DNA from: a virus
Virus record (IMG/VR): IMGVR_UViG_3300024262_000018
Location: 49,960-113,959 of that record
Direction: 5' to 3' (one strand)
Length of the DNA stretch: 64,000 bases
In this document: piece after piece, positions 1-9,983 of the stretch
Numbering within the stretch: the stretch's first letter is position 1
Layout: each line of letters starts with the position of its first letter
Program-made: the position numbers and the translations under genes
Notes under the pieces: generated by a model
The model's input: only the letters and a program-made list of their open reading frames with translations
Databases searched by the model: none
What the model was told of the DNA's origin: nothing

Positions 1-153
1 GCTTACAAAAAGGAACATCTTAAACACGAAATTGCTGATGTTCTTTTAGTCACAATGATTTTAGCAGAACGCTTGGGAATCGATATAGAAGAAGCATTAA
101 AAGAGAAGATAGAGATAGTAGAAAAAAGGACATACGAAGAATATAATACATAG
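1..153 (+). CDS. 3' end of MazG-like nucleotide pyrophosphohydrolase (partial)
   Basis: Frame 1 reads AYKKEHLKHEIADVLLVTMILAERLGIDIEEALKEK..., with the MazG-type E-x-A-D motif and LGIDIE helix; ends TAG 151-153. Confidence 0.7.
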   Translation, partial: AYKKEHLKHEIADVLLVTMILAERLGIDIEEALKEKIEIVEKRTYEEYNT

Positions 154-250
154 GATCAACACTATTTTTACAGAATATTAAATTATGAATATATACATAA
201 AACACATTCTCCCCTTCCTTTGAGTTAGTTCAACTTAAAGGAGACACAAT

Positions 251-691
251 ATGGGAAGTTTTAGGCACCCAAGGACTCAACAAGAAAAAAGGCAGAATCA
301 GAATTGCGAATATTGTCGTCCTGCACGAAGACCTCATAATCTGATAGACGCTTGGGATGATGATCGTAAACATACTGACAAATGTTGGAAGAACTACAGA
401 AAAACTCAATATAAAGTAAAAGCCCTTCCTAAAAAGAAAAAGAATAGTTCTTCTTTCGCAAAATCTATGGAGAATAAAGATCATTGGCATTTAAATCACA
501 GATGCCAATATTGGTGTCATCGTCGTTTTTACGAAAATAAATGCAAAGGCTGTGAAGATAGAGAATTGAATAGAAAAGAATATGAGCAAAGAGAGTTTAA
601 AAAATTGCAGGCTCAATATGCGTTAGAACAAAAAGAGCGTCAACGAGAATGGAATAAAGAGTGTTACGAGTATTATTGGCATGGAAACTAA
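251..691 (+). CDS. hypothetical phage protein
   Basis: 146 aa ORF with AAGGAG RBS. Confidence 0.7.
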   Translation: MGSFRHPRTQQEKRQNQNCEYCRPARRPHNLIDAWDDDRKHTDKCWKNYRKTQYKVKALPKKKKNSSSFAKSMENKDHWHLNHRCQYWCHRRFYENKCKGCEDRELNRKEYEQREFKKLQAQYALEQKERQREWNKECYEYYWHGN

Positions 692-1019
692 AAAACAAAA
701 ACTGAAAGAATTAAGAAGATTATTTAGAGAACAAGTTCTTAAAAGGGACAATAACCAATGCGCATTTTGCGATTGCAAAGAAGATCTTGATGCTCATCAT
801 ATAACAAATAGAAATTATATGCCCATGTATGGATATGTAATCTCAAATGGGATAACATTGTGTAATGCTCATCATGCGTTAGCAGAACATTATTCTAGAG
901 CAATTCTTAAAGAAAGTATGGAAGAGTTTTCGCCAGAGAACTTATATAAAATAATTGATTCCTCGTATGACAAAGCATTATCAGATTGCGTAAAATTAGA
1001 AGAAGGAATTATAGGGTAA
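681..1019 (+). CDS. small HNH endonuclease
   Basis: RDNNQCAFC...LDAHHI...NGITLCNAHH. Confidence 0.8.
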   Translation: METKKQKLKELRRLFREQVLKRDNNQCAFCDCKEDLDAHHITNRNYMPMYGYVISNGITLCNAHHALAEHYSRAILKESMEEFSPENLYKIIDSSYDKALSDCVKLEEGIIG

Positions 1020-1024
1020 TAAAT

Positions 1025-1097
1025 TGGGCTCATAGTGTAGCAGTAGCACGAAACACTTTGAATGTTTTAGCTCCGGTGCAAATCCGGGTGAGCCTGT
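1025..1097 (+). tRNA. tRNA-Gln(TTG)
   Basis: Cloverleaf with anticodon loop CTTTGAA. Confidence 0.85.
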
Positions 1098-1107
1098 TAA
1101 TGTGACT

Positions 1108-1146
1108 AGGGCAGTAGCTTAGTTGGTGGTAGAACACGGCTTTGAA
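1108..1146 (+). pseudogene. 5' half of a tRNA-Gln-like gene
   Basis: AGGGCAG-TA-GCTTAGTTGGTGGTAGAAC...CTTTGAA with no adjacent 3' half; complementary acceptor strand at 2574-2580. Confidence 0.55.
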
Positions 1147-1155
1147 TATATAAAA

Positions 1156-1527
1156 ATGAAAATACATCCAACTAAAATAACTGAATATCCATATTGGCAG
1201 GAAGACTCACCAGAAAAAACGATGAGTGCTTCATACTCAGGATACTATAGCATTTGGCCCGACAATGAATATAACGACTGTTCGTTTATTTCTAGTGGAT
1301 TCAATTTCTCTGGTAATATTGTTATAGCCCTTCGACCAGGTGGGAATCAAACAGACGGTGATGTTTTTGTAATTTGTAATGGTGACAAATGGGAATCCCC
1401 CTCTGGCTATCATCTATCTCATTTTAAGATTTCTGGGGAAAGATTAAATGCAGACATGTTAGCTCAAAATAGCGGATGTACATATGAATATATACGAAAG
1501 ACAATAGAAAAAATAATCTGCAAATAA
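1156..1527 (+). CDS. hypothetical protein
   Basis: ORF; ATG at 1156 preferred because the longer start overlaps the tRNA fragment. Confidence 0.6.
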   Translation: MKIHPTKITEYPYWQEDSPEKTMSASYSGYYSIWPDNEYNDCSFISSGFNFSGNIVIALRPGGNQTDGDVFVICNGDKWESPSGYHLSHFKISGERLNADMLAQNSGCTYEYIRKTIEKIICK

Positions 1528-1531
1528 ATAT

Positions 1532-1614
1532 AGAGTGGTAGAATAATTGGTAATTCACTGGACTTTGAATCCAGGTCCGAAAGGATAATGAAGGTTCAAA
1601 TCCTTCCCACTCTA
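1532..1614 (+). tRNA. tRNA-Gln(TTG) with long variable arm
   Basis: AGAGTGG/CCACTCT acceptor, CTGGA-CTTTGAA-TCCAG, variable arm GTCCGAAAGGAT. Confidence 0.85.
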
Positions 1615-1627
1615 TTATAATATTTAT

Positions 1628-1710
1628 AGAGCGATAGAGTAATTGGCAACTCACCGGACTCTGACTCCGGACTCGTAAGGGTATTGAAGGTTCAAATCCT
1701 TCTCGCTCTG
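1628..1710 (+). tRNA. tRNA-Gln(CTG) with long variable arm
   Basis: AGAGCGA/TCGCTCT acceptor, CCGGA-CTCTGAC-TCCGG, variable arm ACTCGTAAGGGT. Confidence 0.85.
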
Positions 1711-1797
1711 TTAAACAAATATTTAGTTTCTTGAAGGAAATAGCGTAAAGAGTTAGTATGTATTATCACGCTACGTTATTTGCTAAGGAATTATAAA

Positions 1798-2592
1798 ATG
1801 AGAAAAAGAACAAATCCCATCTGGAAAGTAGATATAAAAAATTTTGTTAAAATAATTGACGAATCTAATACTATATCAGAAGTTGTAGACAAGATAGGAA
1901 TAAAAGGTAGATATAGACAAACCTGTTGCAAAACGGTTGTCCGAAGAGCAGAAGTTGAAAAAATATCTTTAGACGGTTTACGAAAACGTTTTAAAAAATA
2001 TAATAAGAACTTTTTAGCAAACATTAATAAAGAAAAAACGATACCGCTTAAAAAAATACTTATTAATAATTCACACTACAACCGTGGGCATCTAAAAGAC
2101 AGGCTAATAAAAAATAAAATACTTAAAAACGAATGTGCTATTTGTAAACAAAAACCGAAATGGAACAATCAAATCCTCGTAATGGTTCTAGATCACATTA
2201 ATGGCGTAAAAAATGACAATAGGTTAAACAACCTTAGACTATTATGTCCCAATTGCAATAGTCAACAATCTACATTTGCAGGACGAAATATTAAAAAACA
2301 ACGAAAATTAAAAAAGTCAGAAATAAACCCAGAATGGAGAAACGCATGCCGCCCAAAAACCCGAAAAGTTAAAAGACCAGATAAAGAAGAATTACTTAAA
2401 TTACTATGGGAAATACCAACCGCTCAACTCGCTAAAAGATATGGAGTAACAGACAAGGCTATAGAAAAGTGGTCAAAAGCCTATGGTATAACAAAACCAG
2501 CAAGAGGTTATTGGGCGAAAAAAAGTAAAAGTGACAAAAAATACAATAAGCTTACAATAGGTTCAAATCCTTCCTGCCCTGTTACAAAGTGA
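1798..2592 (+). CDS. HNH homing endonuclease with C-terminal HTH
   Basis: CAIC...LDHINGVKNDNRLNNLRLLCPNCNSQ; C-terminal LAKRYGVTDKAIEKW. Confidence 0.85.
   Translation: MRKRTNPIWKVDIKNFVKIIDESNTISEVVDKIGIKGRYRQTCCKTVVRRAEVEKISLDGLRKRFKKYNKNFLANINKEKTIPLKKILINNSHYNRGHLKDRLIKNKILKNECAICKQKPKWNNQILVMVLDHINGVKNDNRLNNLRLLCPNCNSQQSTFAGRNIKKQRKLKKSEINPEWRNACRPKTRKVKRPDKEELLKLLWEIPTAQLAKRYGVTDKAIEKWSKAYGITKPARGYWAKKSKSDKKYNKLTIGSNPSCPVTK
2559..2581 (+). pseudogene. 3' tRNA fragment (T-loop plus acceptor strand)
   Basis: AGGTTCAAATCCTTC-CTGCCCT-G; same T-arm as the Gln tRNAs upstream. Confidence 0.55.
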
Positions 2593-2643
2593 AGCATTTT
2601 GATCTATAATATGATAACTAGCGTATCGAAGAAGGGAAAAACT

Positions 2644-3027
2644 ATGAATAAAGATTACGTTGCTAAAGCTAAACACCTTGCTCAGAAGATCCAGGACGAC
2701 AAACAAAAAATGCGTGAGGATAGTATTAAAGACACCAAAAAGTTTGTCGCAGCTACGACTAAAATGAGGGACAAAGTGAAAGCAGCCCTGATGCCATTTG
2801 ACAATCTCCCATTAAATAGCGGAAAATTGCATATCGTATCGGATGAGATATTGAATATTCAACTTATCCAACGTAAACCGAATGAGAAAGACATAGAACT
2901 GCTCAGTCTTGGTATATATCCTAATGAAATCGTATTTGCCTATCCGGCACATTGGAATTATAACACGTACAGGTCTATAAATGAGTTGTTAGACTTTATA
3001 GCGAAGTTCGTTTCCAAACGCTTATAA
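2644..3027 (+). CDS. hypothetical protein
   Basis: ORF with purine-rich RBS. Confidence 0.6.
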   Translation: MNKDYVAKAKHLAQKIQDDKQKMREDSIKDTKKFVAATTKMRDKVKAALMPFDNLPLNSGKLHIVSDEILNIQLIQRKPNEKDIELLSLGIYPNEIVFAYPAHWNYNTYRSINELLDFIAKFVSKRL

Positions 3028-3057
3028 AACCCTATACCACCATATTAGGAGAAATGA

Positions 3058-3594
3058 ATGTTGAAGATCAACGCTTGTAGTACAACTGATGAATTTGTTT
3101 TCTTTTGGGACAGTCTTTTCAGCCAGTGGTATTCTTGTGAATTTACAGATTATACCGACAAGACAGAATATGTCTCGGCAGAACAATATATGATGCGACA
3201 AAAAGCCCTTTTATTCGGAGATGAAGAAATAGCAGAAAAAATCATGTCTGCTAAGTCTCCCTATATATGCAAGTCTTTAGGCAAACAAGTCAAAAACTTT
3301 TCTAATGAAAAATGGATTGCAAATAGGATGTCAATCGTAACACAAGGTAATTATCTAAAATTTTCTCAGGATTTAGATCTTAAGAATACTTTAACGTCTA
3401 CCGGAGATAGAATTCTTGTTGAGGCTAGCCCTAAAGATAAAATATGGGGAATAGGACTAGATCGAAACGATTCTGCCGATACCATAGAAGATGTCTCAAG
3501 TTGGCAAGGATTAAATCTTTTAGGAATATGCCTCATGAACGTAAGAAGTCATTTCAAACTTATAGATAACGTTTTTGATGCCTGGAGAAATTAA
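3058..3594 (+). CDS. NADAR (YbiA-like) N-glycosidase
   Basis: FSQWY...SAEQYMM.QKALLFGD...KFSQ...LVEASPKDKIWGIG...GLNLLG. Confidence 0.92.
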   Translation: MLKINACSTTDEFVFFWDSLFSQWYSCEFTDYTDKTEYVSAEQYMMRQKALLFGDEEIAEKIMSAKSPYICKSLGKQVKNFSNEKWIANRMSIVTQGNYLKFSQDLDLKNTLTSTGDRILVEASPKDKIWGIGLDRNDSADTIEDVSSWQGLNLLGICLMNVRSHFKLIDNVFDAWRN

Positions 3595-3597
3595 TAA

Positions 3598-4134
3598 ATG
3601 AGAGATAGTTGTCTTAATTGCGTAAGAAAACATTTATCAGTGGCTCATGTTTTGACGTTTGAAAAAACATTTCAAGGAATAGATCTATTAACCCATATCG
3701 GTCAAGCAGAAGTTCTGTTTGACGAATTTCTGACAGGCGATTATGATGTCCATTTTTGGCTATCCGTTGGTCATCTTGCGCGAATTGAAAATTATTTATA
3801 TAGTAATCATAAAATTAAAAACTTTATACAATTAGCAGACACTATTCGTAAAGAAAGGGTTATGGCTATTGAGAATGCAGATTACAGACCTGATTTTTTA
3901 TTATTAGGCAAGAATATCAGGAAACTCGTTAAAAATCTAAATATCCAGGATATTGACTACGAATGCGGAATTAAAGGTAATATTCTTGAGGCCGTTGAGG
4001 AGACTATAAAAGAGTATCCTAAATTATCAAAGAAAATATTCGCGGAGTATTCAAAAGCGATGGAACAGAAGCAAGGTTGGGAACAAATAGATTTTCTAGA
4101 ACTGATAGAAATAGCTACAGTGTTAGAAGAATAA
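3598..4134 (+). CDS. hypothetical protein
   Basis: 178 aa ORF with N-terminal CLNCVRKH. Confidence 0.65.
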   Translation: MRDSCLNCVRKHLSVAHVLTFEKTFQGIDLLTHIGQAEVLFDEFLTGDYDVHFWLSVGHLARIENYLYSNHKIKNFIQLADTIRKERVMAIENADYRPDFLLLGKNIRKLVKNLNIQDIDYECGIKGNILEAVEETIKEYPKLSKKIFAEYSKAMEQKQGWEQIDFLELIEIATVLEE

Positions 4135-4252
4135 GTATTTAATCCGCATAATCTGGTATTCTCTTCAAACTCACCATTTTGCCCTTTTTAATTTATAAAG
4201 GTTAAAGAGAGGGATTGTATAATTAATAGTGAGTTTATACTGGAGTTATAAA

Positions 4253-4705
4253 ATGGATAAAAGCGTTTGGAAAATAACAGTTCAGAAATGCGATCTATTA
4301 TTAGAGAACACTGAAGGGAACCAGATAGTTTCTATTGGTATTATTAACCGCCTAGAATCATCGATGGTGAATAAGGGGTTTGTTCGTTTAGATAGATTGC
4401 CGGAAGAATGGTGCGAGATTTATGGAATGACAAGATTTGAAGGACAGATCACGACGCTCAGAAATGTTAAGGACTTTTGGGGAAAAGTATTTCCAATATT
4501 ATTTTCACTAGCAGATGGACACCCTTTACTATGGCAGTGTTCAGCCAAACACGCTAGATTTTATAAACTTTCCTTTAGCAGGCAAAATGTATATAAATTC
4601 TCTTTTGTGGCCGGAAGTCTAGCCGGTCAAGATCCGATTGACGATTATAATAGCCTTACAGGCGGCAGCATTGACGAACAAATAGTTATGCTGGAATTAG
4701 CATAA
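4253..4705 (+). CDS. hypothetical protein
   Basis: ORF, GGAG RBS before ATG 4253. Confidence 0.65.
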   Translation: MDKSVWKITVQKCDLLLENTEGNQIVSIGIINRLESSMVNKGFVRLDRLPEEWCEIYGMTRFEGQITTLRNVKDFWGKVFPILFSLADGHPLLWQCSAKHARFYKLSFSRQNVYKFSFVAGSLAGQDPIDDYNSLTGGSIDEQIVMLELA

Positions 4706-4767
4706 TCTAAATAAAATCTATAACTTTGTGGCATCATTTCTCGATAATCTGTATATAACTCTTATAT

Positions 4768-5526
4768 ATGGAGATTAACATGCAGAATAATAGCTCTTTA
4801 GTGAGTACTTTAACCCTTGAAAATGCAAAACTTGCCACAAAAGAAATTATAGATACCTTTATTAATGAAGGTACTGAAGAGAATATAGAAATAGATTATA
4901 AGATAACCTTTGGTGTAGCTTCGAGTTGCGAAACGAATACTGCATTTAAATTCAATTTTAAAGAGAATAGTTTTTTATTCCAACTTGCTTCTTTAGCCTC
5001 GACAATCGAGGAATTATCTAGCGAAGAGCATGACGCCCTTTTAGCATTTGAGAAAATGGTAATTAAAGAAATTGAAGATCATCATTTTAATACAATAAAA
5101 GCCAAACTGAGGGAATTCACTCCCTTGGATCATGAGAAGATGTCAAAAATAAACCCTTTTACTAGGCAAAAAATATTAGAAACGATTTTTCCAATGACGA
5201 ATTCTAAAGTCATCTCTTGTCTTTTTAATTTACTATTTGTTCCTGATGGTGACGATGGTTACATTTTAATGGTAAATAAAAATTCTCCCAAGCCAGGACT
5301 CTCTACGACTTCCGTATCTAATGATTTAATTAAAAGGCACTCTGAAACTGGAAAGAATTTCGATGAAATCATTAAAGACAGAAAAGCGGCTGAGGACGAT
5401 CAATATAAATATGTAGTAAGTGTAACAAAAAAATATTATGAATACCAATGTCAATTATCGCTGCATGTGGACTATTCTCCAGCTCCAAAAGAAGAAGTAG
5501 ACGCAAAAATGAAAGACATTATTTGA
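4768..5526 (+). CDS. hypothetical protein
   Basis: 252 aa ORF. Confidence 0.65.
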   Translation: MEINMQNNSSLVSTLTLENAKLATKEIIDTFINEGTEENIEIDYKITFGVASSCETNTAFKFNFKENSFLFQLASLASTIEELSSEEHDALLAFEKMVIKEIEDHHFNTIKAKLREFTPLDHEKMSKINPFTRQKILETIFPMTNSKVISCLFNLLFVPDGDDGYILMVNKNSPKPGLSTTSVSNDLIKRHSETGKNFDEIIKDRKAAEDDQYKYVVSVTKKYYEYQCQLSLHVDYSPAPKEEVDAKMKDII

Positions 5527-5541
5527 GGATGAAAGAAAAAA

Positions 5542-6162
5542 ATGGTTGAACCAACAATATGCACCGATTACCGTCGAACGACTGCCGAATTAGAAGAGTT
5601 TTTATTATTTAGTATCTCTGTAGCTGGAAAAACCGCGAGCCAGATATCTACAGCACTAGAGCGTTTTTTTAATTTTGCAGATCAAATTATAATGCAACAG
5701 GTAAAAACTTATGATGTAAAAATCCTCATGACAGAAAAAAACAAATATAATACACCTTTTAAGGCTATAAAAAGATTGATAGAAATTGAGGAATTAGAAA
5801 ATACAATTAAAATAAGTAGTCTTGGGCAGCACAATAAATTAAAAAAATCTTTTACTGAGTTGGTTAAAAGTAACTTGGACTTGAAGAATTGCACAGTAGA
5901 TGAATTAGAAAAGATCCACGGCATTGGTCCTAAAACATCTAGATTTTTCATATTACACACAAGACCTAAGCAAAAATTAGCGGTTCTAGATACTCATATT
6001 CTAAAATATATTAAACAATACATTGCAGATACCCCAAAAACAACACCTTCGAAAAAAAGATATAATGAATTAGAACAATGGTTTATTAAACACTGTGAAA
6101 CTTTAAAAGTGGATATTGCAGAATATGACTTACAAATATGGAATAGTTATGCCAGAAAATAA
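5542..6162 (+). CDS. HhH-GPD / Ogg-like DNA glycosylase-lyase
   Basis: LEKIHGIGPKTSRFF helix-hairpin-helix followed by AVLDTHIL. Confidence 0.75.
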   Translation: MVEPTICTDYRRTTAELEEFLLFSISVAGKTASQISTALERFFNFADQIIMQQVKTYDVKILMTEKNKYNTPFKAIKRLIEIEELENTIKISSLGQHNKLKKSFTELVKSNLDLKNCTVDELEKIHGIGPKTSRFFILHTRPKQKLAVLDTHILKYIKQYIADTPKTTPSKKRYNELEQWFIKHCETLKVDIAEYDLQIWNSYARK

Positions 6163-7507
6163 CACAAAATTGAACAGATCTAGGGGAGCTTTTCTCGGTC
6201 CAAAAGTTTTAGACACGGCAGGAATAATGAAAAAACAAAAAAAATCACCAGAAAAAGAAACAGAAATTAAAAAAGTCGAGCCAAAACCGATAGCGGAATT
6301 AGCTTCTAAAGAGGCTACTGAGCCAATACCTAAGAAAATAGGTAGACAGACGCCTTCCATAGACAAACTACCCAACGATACCTATCCAGAGGCTCCTGGT
6401 GGCGGTGTAAGAGATGGAGCGGATCAAAGTGCTTTTAGACATAACAGAATGCGTGATGTCGGATTTAAAATCGGGAAATACATACAAACGCCACCATTAT
6501 TATTTACTAGAGACGGCCACTCTCTTTATCTAGGAGATATATTCCGTGGGGCGTCTGCCTTCCTAATTGCAGGAGGGCCATCTTTTAAAAATATAGATGT
6601 TGAGAAATTATCTTCTGCAGGATTTCTTACTTTCGGTCTAAATAATTCTGCAAAAAGTTTTAGACCTAACTTGTGGACATGTGTTGACGATCCAACCCAC
6701 TTTATCAAATCTGTTTGGTTAGACCCTAAGATTATGAAATTTGCTCCAATGGCCCACGCTGATAAAAAAATATTTGATAATGAAGCATGGAAAGAAATGG
6801 ATATGACTGTTGGAGATTGTCCTAATGTGCTTTATTACAGACGTAATGAAGACTTTAAGGCCGACCAATATCTCTTCGAAGATACTGTTAATTGGGGAAA
6901 CCATACCAAACTTGGTGGAGGAAGGTCTGTGATGCTTGCGGCATTACGCTTATCTTTCTATCTTGGCATTAGAAAAGTTTTCTTGTTGGGAGTAGATTTC
7001 GACATGAACGAGAATAATAAATATCATTTTGAACAGGAAAGAACAGATAAATCTATAAAAAATAATAACGATACATATGATCTGCTAAAATCGAGATTTA
7101 AACAACTAAAACCGATATTCGAAGAAAATGATTTTCAGGTGTTTAATTGCAATCCGGAATCAGGATTAAAAGTTTTTGATTTTATATCTTTTGAAGACGC
7201 AATTAAATCGGCCACAAAGATGATGCCAAAAAATTTGGAAACAGAAAGAACAGCCGGGTTATATGATCGAGGAGCCTCTAGTAAAAAAGAAAAAGAAAAA
7301 AACAAAATCAAAAAAGAGCTAGACATCGCTAGAGAAATATTAAATAAAGCAAAAGAAAAACTACAAAATACAGACGTGGATAAAATATCCGCCGAAGAAC
7401 ATAAAAAATTAGAACAAGAGATTGTAGATAAAAGACGCGTTTTTAGAACAATAGAAAGAAAAAAGAATAAAATTTGGTATGGATCTCCAGAAAGGCCAAC
7501 AGATTAA
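6149..7507 (+). CDS. Maf/DUF115-like (sialyltransferase-fold) putative glycosyltransferase
   Basis: AFLIAGGPSF...TFGLNN...LGIRKVFLLGVDF...VFNCNP. Confidence 0.6.
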   Translation: MPENNTKLNRSRGAFLGPKVLDTAGIMKKQKKSPEKETEIKKVEPKPIAELASKEATEPIPKKIGRQTPSIDKLPNDTYPEAPGGGVRDGADQSAFRHNRMRDVGFKIGKYIQTPPLLFTRDGHSLYLGDIFRGASAFLIAGGPSFKNIDVEKLSSAGFLTFGLNNSAKSFRPNLWTCVDDPTHFIKSVWLDPKIMKFAPMAHADKKIFDNEAWKEMDMTVGDCPNVLYYRRNEDFKADQYLFEDTVNWGNHTKLGGGRSVMLAALRLSFYLGIRKVFLLGVDFDMNENNKYHFEQERTDKSIKNNNDTYDLLKSRFKQLKPIFEENDFQVFNCNPESGLKVFDFISFEDAIKSATKMMPKNLETERTAGLYDRGASSKKEKEKNKIKKELDIAREILNKAKEKLQNTDVDKISAEEHKKLEQEIVDKRRVFRTIERKKNKIWYGSPERPTD

Positions 7508-7510
7508 AAC

Positions 7511-8437
7511 ATGAATAAACAAATAAATTTGAATAAAAAAAACACAGGAGTACTTTTCTTTAATTTCGGATCTAGTTGCGCTATGCGTTTAACTATATGC
7601 ATGTATACTTTAAGAAAATACTATAATGGAAATGCTGTACTTCTATTACAGCAAAATGAAGAGCATACAGACAGAATTAAAGAAAAGGCAGAACAAATAG
7701 GTATAGATGTTGAACTTGTAAATCTGGACAGGATTTGTGATAGAAACTTTAAAAGTGTTCTAGCTCCAAAGGTTCTAAAAATCAGCCCCTACGAAGCGTC
7801 TGTTCAAATAGATGCCGATGCTTCATTCCGAGCGAGTCCACGACCTATATTAGATAGATGTTATGACTATGGCGTTCTAGTCTCACATTTCTGTGATTGG
7901 ATGTCGAATGGAAGTATAATGAAGAATAGAATATCGAGTTTTGCAGACGTTATCTCTCAAGAAGATCTATTTGGGTCGTTAAATCGTCGTCCTGCTATAA
8001 ATTGTGGCGTTGTGGGTTATAGACATGGAATTGGAGATGATTTCCAAAAAGAATGGGACGACTTAACTAATAAAACAGCAGGAAGATTTATTGCAGAAGA
8101 AATAGCATGTCAATGTGTTTTTTGGAAACATCCCCACTACCTAGCTCCATCAGAGTGGAATGCTTCAGTTGTGTGGGGGGATTTAGATTCTGCTAAAATT
8201 ATTCATTATCATGGTCACAAACACACATCCCTTAAAAGACGGAATAGCCGATATTGGTGGGCCGAAGTAGGTTGGGCAATAGAAGATGGAATTTTAGATT
8301 TTGAAGAAGTTAAGTTCTGGTCACAATTTGATAAAAATGCAAAAAAAGTTATAGCAGAACAGGATTTTGCTCATATAGAGAAAGCAAAAATAGAATTCGG
8401 TCATCTCAGAAAACAAAAGGAACTAACATATGGATAA
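7511..8437 (+). CDS. GT-A fold glycosyltransferase (GT8-like)
   Basis: DxD (IDAD), INCGV, WNA, IIHYHG motifs. Confidence 0.7.
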   Translation: MNKQINLNKKNTGVLFFNFGSSCAMRLTICMYTLRKYYNGNAVLLLQQNEEHTDRIKEKAEQIGIDVELVNLDRICDRNFKSVLAPKVLKISPYEASVQIDADASFRASPRPILDRCYDYGVLVSHFCDWMSNGSIMKNRISSFADVISQEDLFGSLNRRPAINCGVVGYRHGIGDDFQKEWDDLTNKTAGRFIAEEIACQCVFWKHPHYLAPSEWNASVVWGDLDSAKIIHYHGHKHTSLKRRNSRYWWAEVGWAIEDGILDFEEVKFWSQFDKNAKKVIAEQDFAHIEKAKIEFGHLRKQKELTYG

Positions 8438-9182
8438 AATAACTGTTGTAACCGCCGTAGATGACCAACATTTAAATGAGCTATGTTGCTCCTTTAAAAC
8501 TTGGCTTAAATTTTTTCCAGATTTTTTCAAGAATAATCCTTATGTTATAATGTATGATACTTCACAGGTTAAAGATACCGATCCTAGATTTAATATACTT
8601 TCTAGCTTAGATGTCACACTTATTCCCTGGGAAGATTCTAAAAATATATACGCAAATCAAAGAGAAAAGATGCTAACCTCTTTAGTTGTCTGTCCAGGAC
8701 AACATGTAAAAACTAAGTGGTATCTTAAATTGGATACAGACACCCTAGCTGTAGAGACAAAAGACTGGATTAAACAGGAATGGTTTACCGATGATATAAA
8801 AATAATAGGAAGCCCCTGGGGTTACACAAAACCCCCCGATGCAATAGATATACTAGACGAATGGGGAGATAGCATTCCTGAGATTAGTGAGCATCCTAGG
8901 CTAAACTTGCATCCGAATCCAGGATCTAGTTTAGTTAGTCATTCAAGACTAGTAACGTGGGTGTCTTTTTGTCAAACCGAATGGACAAAGTACATATCAT
9001 CTTTTGTAGAAAGAGAAGATGGAGAATATAAGTTACCAGTAGCATCGCAAGATACCTATTTGATTTATATTGCCCAAAGAATGAAGTATGAATATTTAAA
9101 AATTAAATTTAAACGTCTAGGATGGAGTCATATTTCTAGATATCGTAAACTAAAAAGGACATGCGAAGAACTATGTCGATAA
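8430..9182 (+). CDS. GT-A fold glycosyltransferase
   Basis: WYLKLDTD DxD motif, SQDT. Confidence 0.6.
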   Translation: MDKITVVTAVDDQHLNELCCSFKTWLKFFPDFFKNNPYVIMYDTSQVKDTDPRFNILSSLDVTLIPWEDSKNIYANQREKMLTSLVVCPGQHVKTKWYLKLDTDTLAVETKDWIKQEWFTDDIKIIGSPWGYTKPPDAIDILDEWGDSIPEISEHPRLNLHPNPGSSLVSHSRLVTWVSFCQTEWTKYISSFVEREDGEYKLPVASQDTYLIYIAQRMKYEYLKIKFKRLGWSHISRYRKLKRTCEELCR

Positions 9183-9979
9183 ATCCTACAATCGAAATTT
9201 CTGTTCAAATGTTTGAATTCCAAAAGCGTTTTTGGTGGATGCTGTCATCTTTAATACAGCAAAAATCTTGGTTAGGTTTTTCAGTGCCAAAAATAAATGT
9301 CAAGATTTCGGCAATGTCTTTAAAAGATAGATTCGCCCCATTAACACAAAAAATGATAAAAACTTTTGAGGGACTAATTGATATTTCTGTTAAAGAATAT
9401 ACAGATCCAGAGATTTTCGGAAATCGAGGACTGACCAGAAGTTATGATATTCAAGAGACAAAATCAGATTGGTTATTCTTTACAGACGCAGACATGATCT
9501 TTCATCCAGAATTCTTTTCTGAAATCGCTGCCGATTATTTGGAGCAGTGGCAAGGAACAGGCAAGATAATTACATCACCGAGGATAAATGTTCCAGCAGA
9601 AACGGCTTATAGGTTGGCGAATGATTTTAATTATGACTGCTCGGCTCCAGTTCCAGGGGCGTTTAAAACCTGTTGGGATTTAAAAGGAGATTATTCATGC
9701 AAGGGTAGAGCTCCAGGAGCGGGCTATTTTCAACTAATAGAAGTAAAATATTTGAAAGATAACAAAATAACTTATTGTGATAGAAAAAGAGACAGGAACT
9801 TGTTCCATCAGAACGGTAATAAGTTTATCTCTGATAAAGTGTTCAGGAGAAAATTAAACGGAACGATTGTCATGAAAAAGCCTAAAGATGAACTAGGTAG
9901 TCGAGATATACTAAAACCACTGTTGCATTTAAACCATTGGAGAAAATGCGATTTGGAATGGACTGATGAGGGACGGTAA
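9173..9979 (+). CDS. GT2-like glycosyltransferase
   Basis: SDWLFFTDADMIF, GYFQL, LLHLNH. Confidence 0.65.
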   Translation: MSINPTIEISVQMFEFQKRFWWMLSSLIQQKSWLGFSVPKINVKISAMSLKDRFAPLTQKMIKTFEGLIDISVKEYTDPEIFGNRGLTRSYDIQETKSDWLFFTDADMIFHPEFFSEIAADYLEQWQGTGKIITSPRINVPAETAYRLANDFNYDCSAPVPGAFKTCWDLKGDYSCKGRAPGAGYFQLIEVKYLKDNKITYCDRKRDRNLFHQNGNKFISDKVFRRKLNGTIVMKKPKDELGSRDILKPLLHLNHWRKCDLEWTDEGR

Positions 9980-9983
9980 TATT

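Noticed and set aside
185-223. Short ORF MNIYIKHILPFL as a leader for the Gln tRNA cluster
   Set aside because: It has no Gln codons and no following terminator; any leader for this cluster would lie outside the window.
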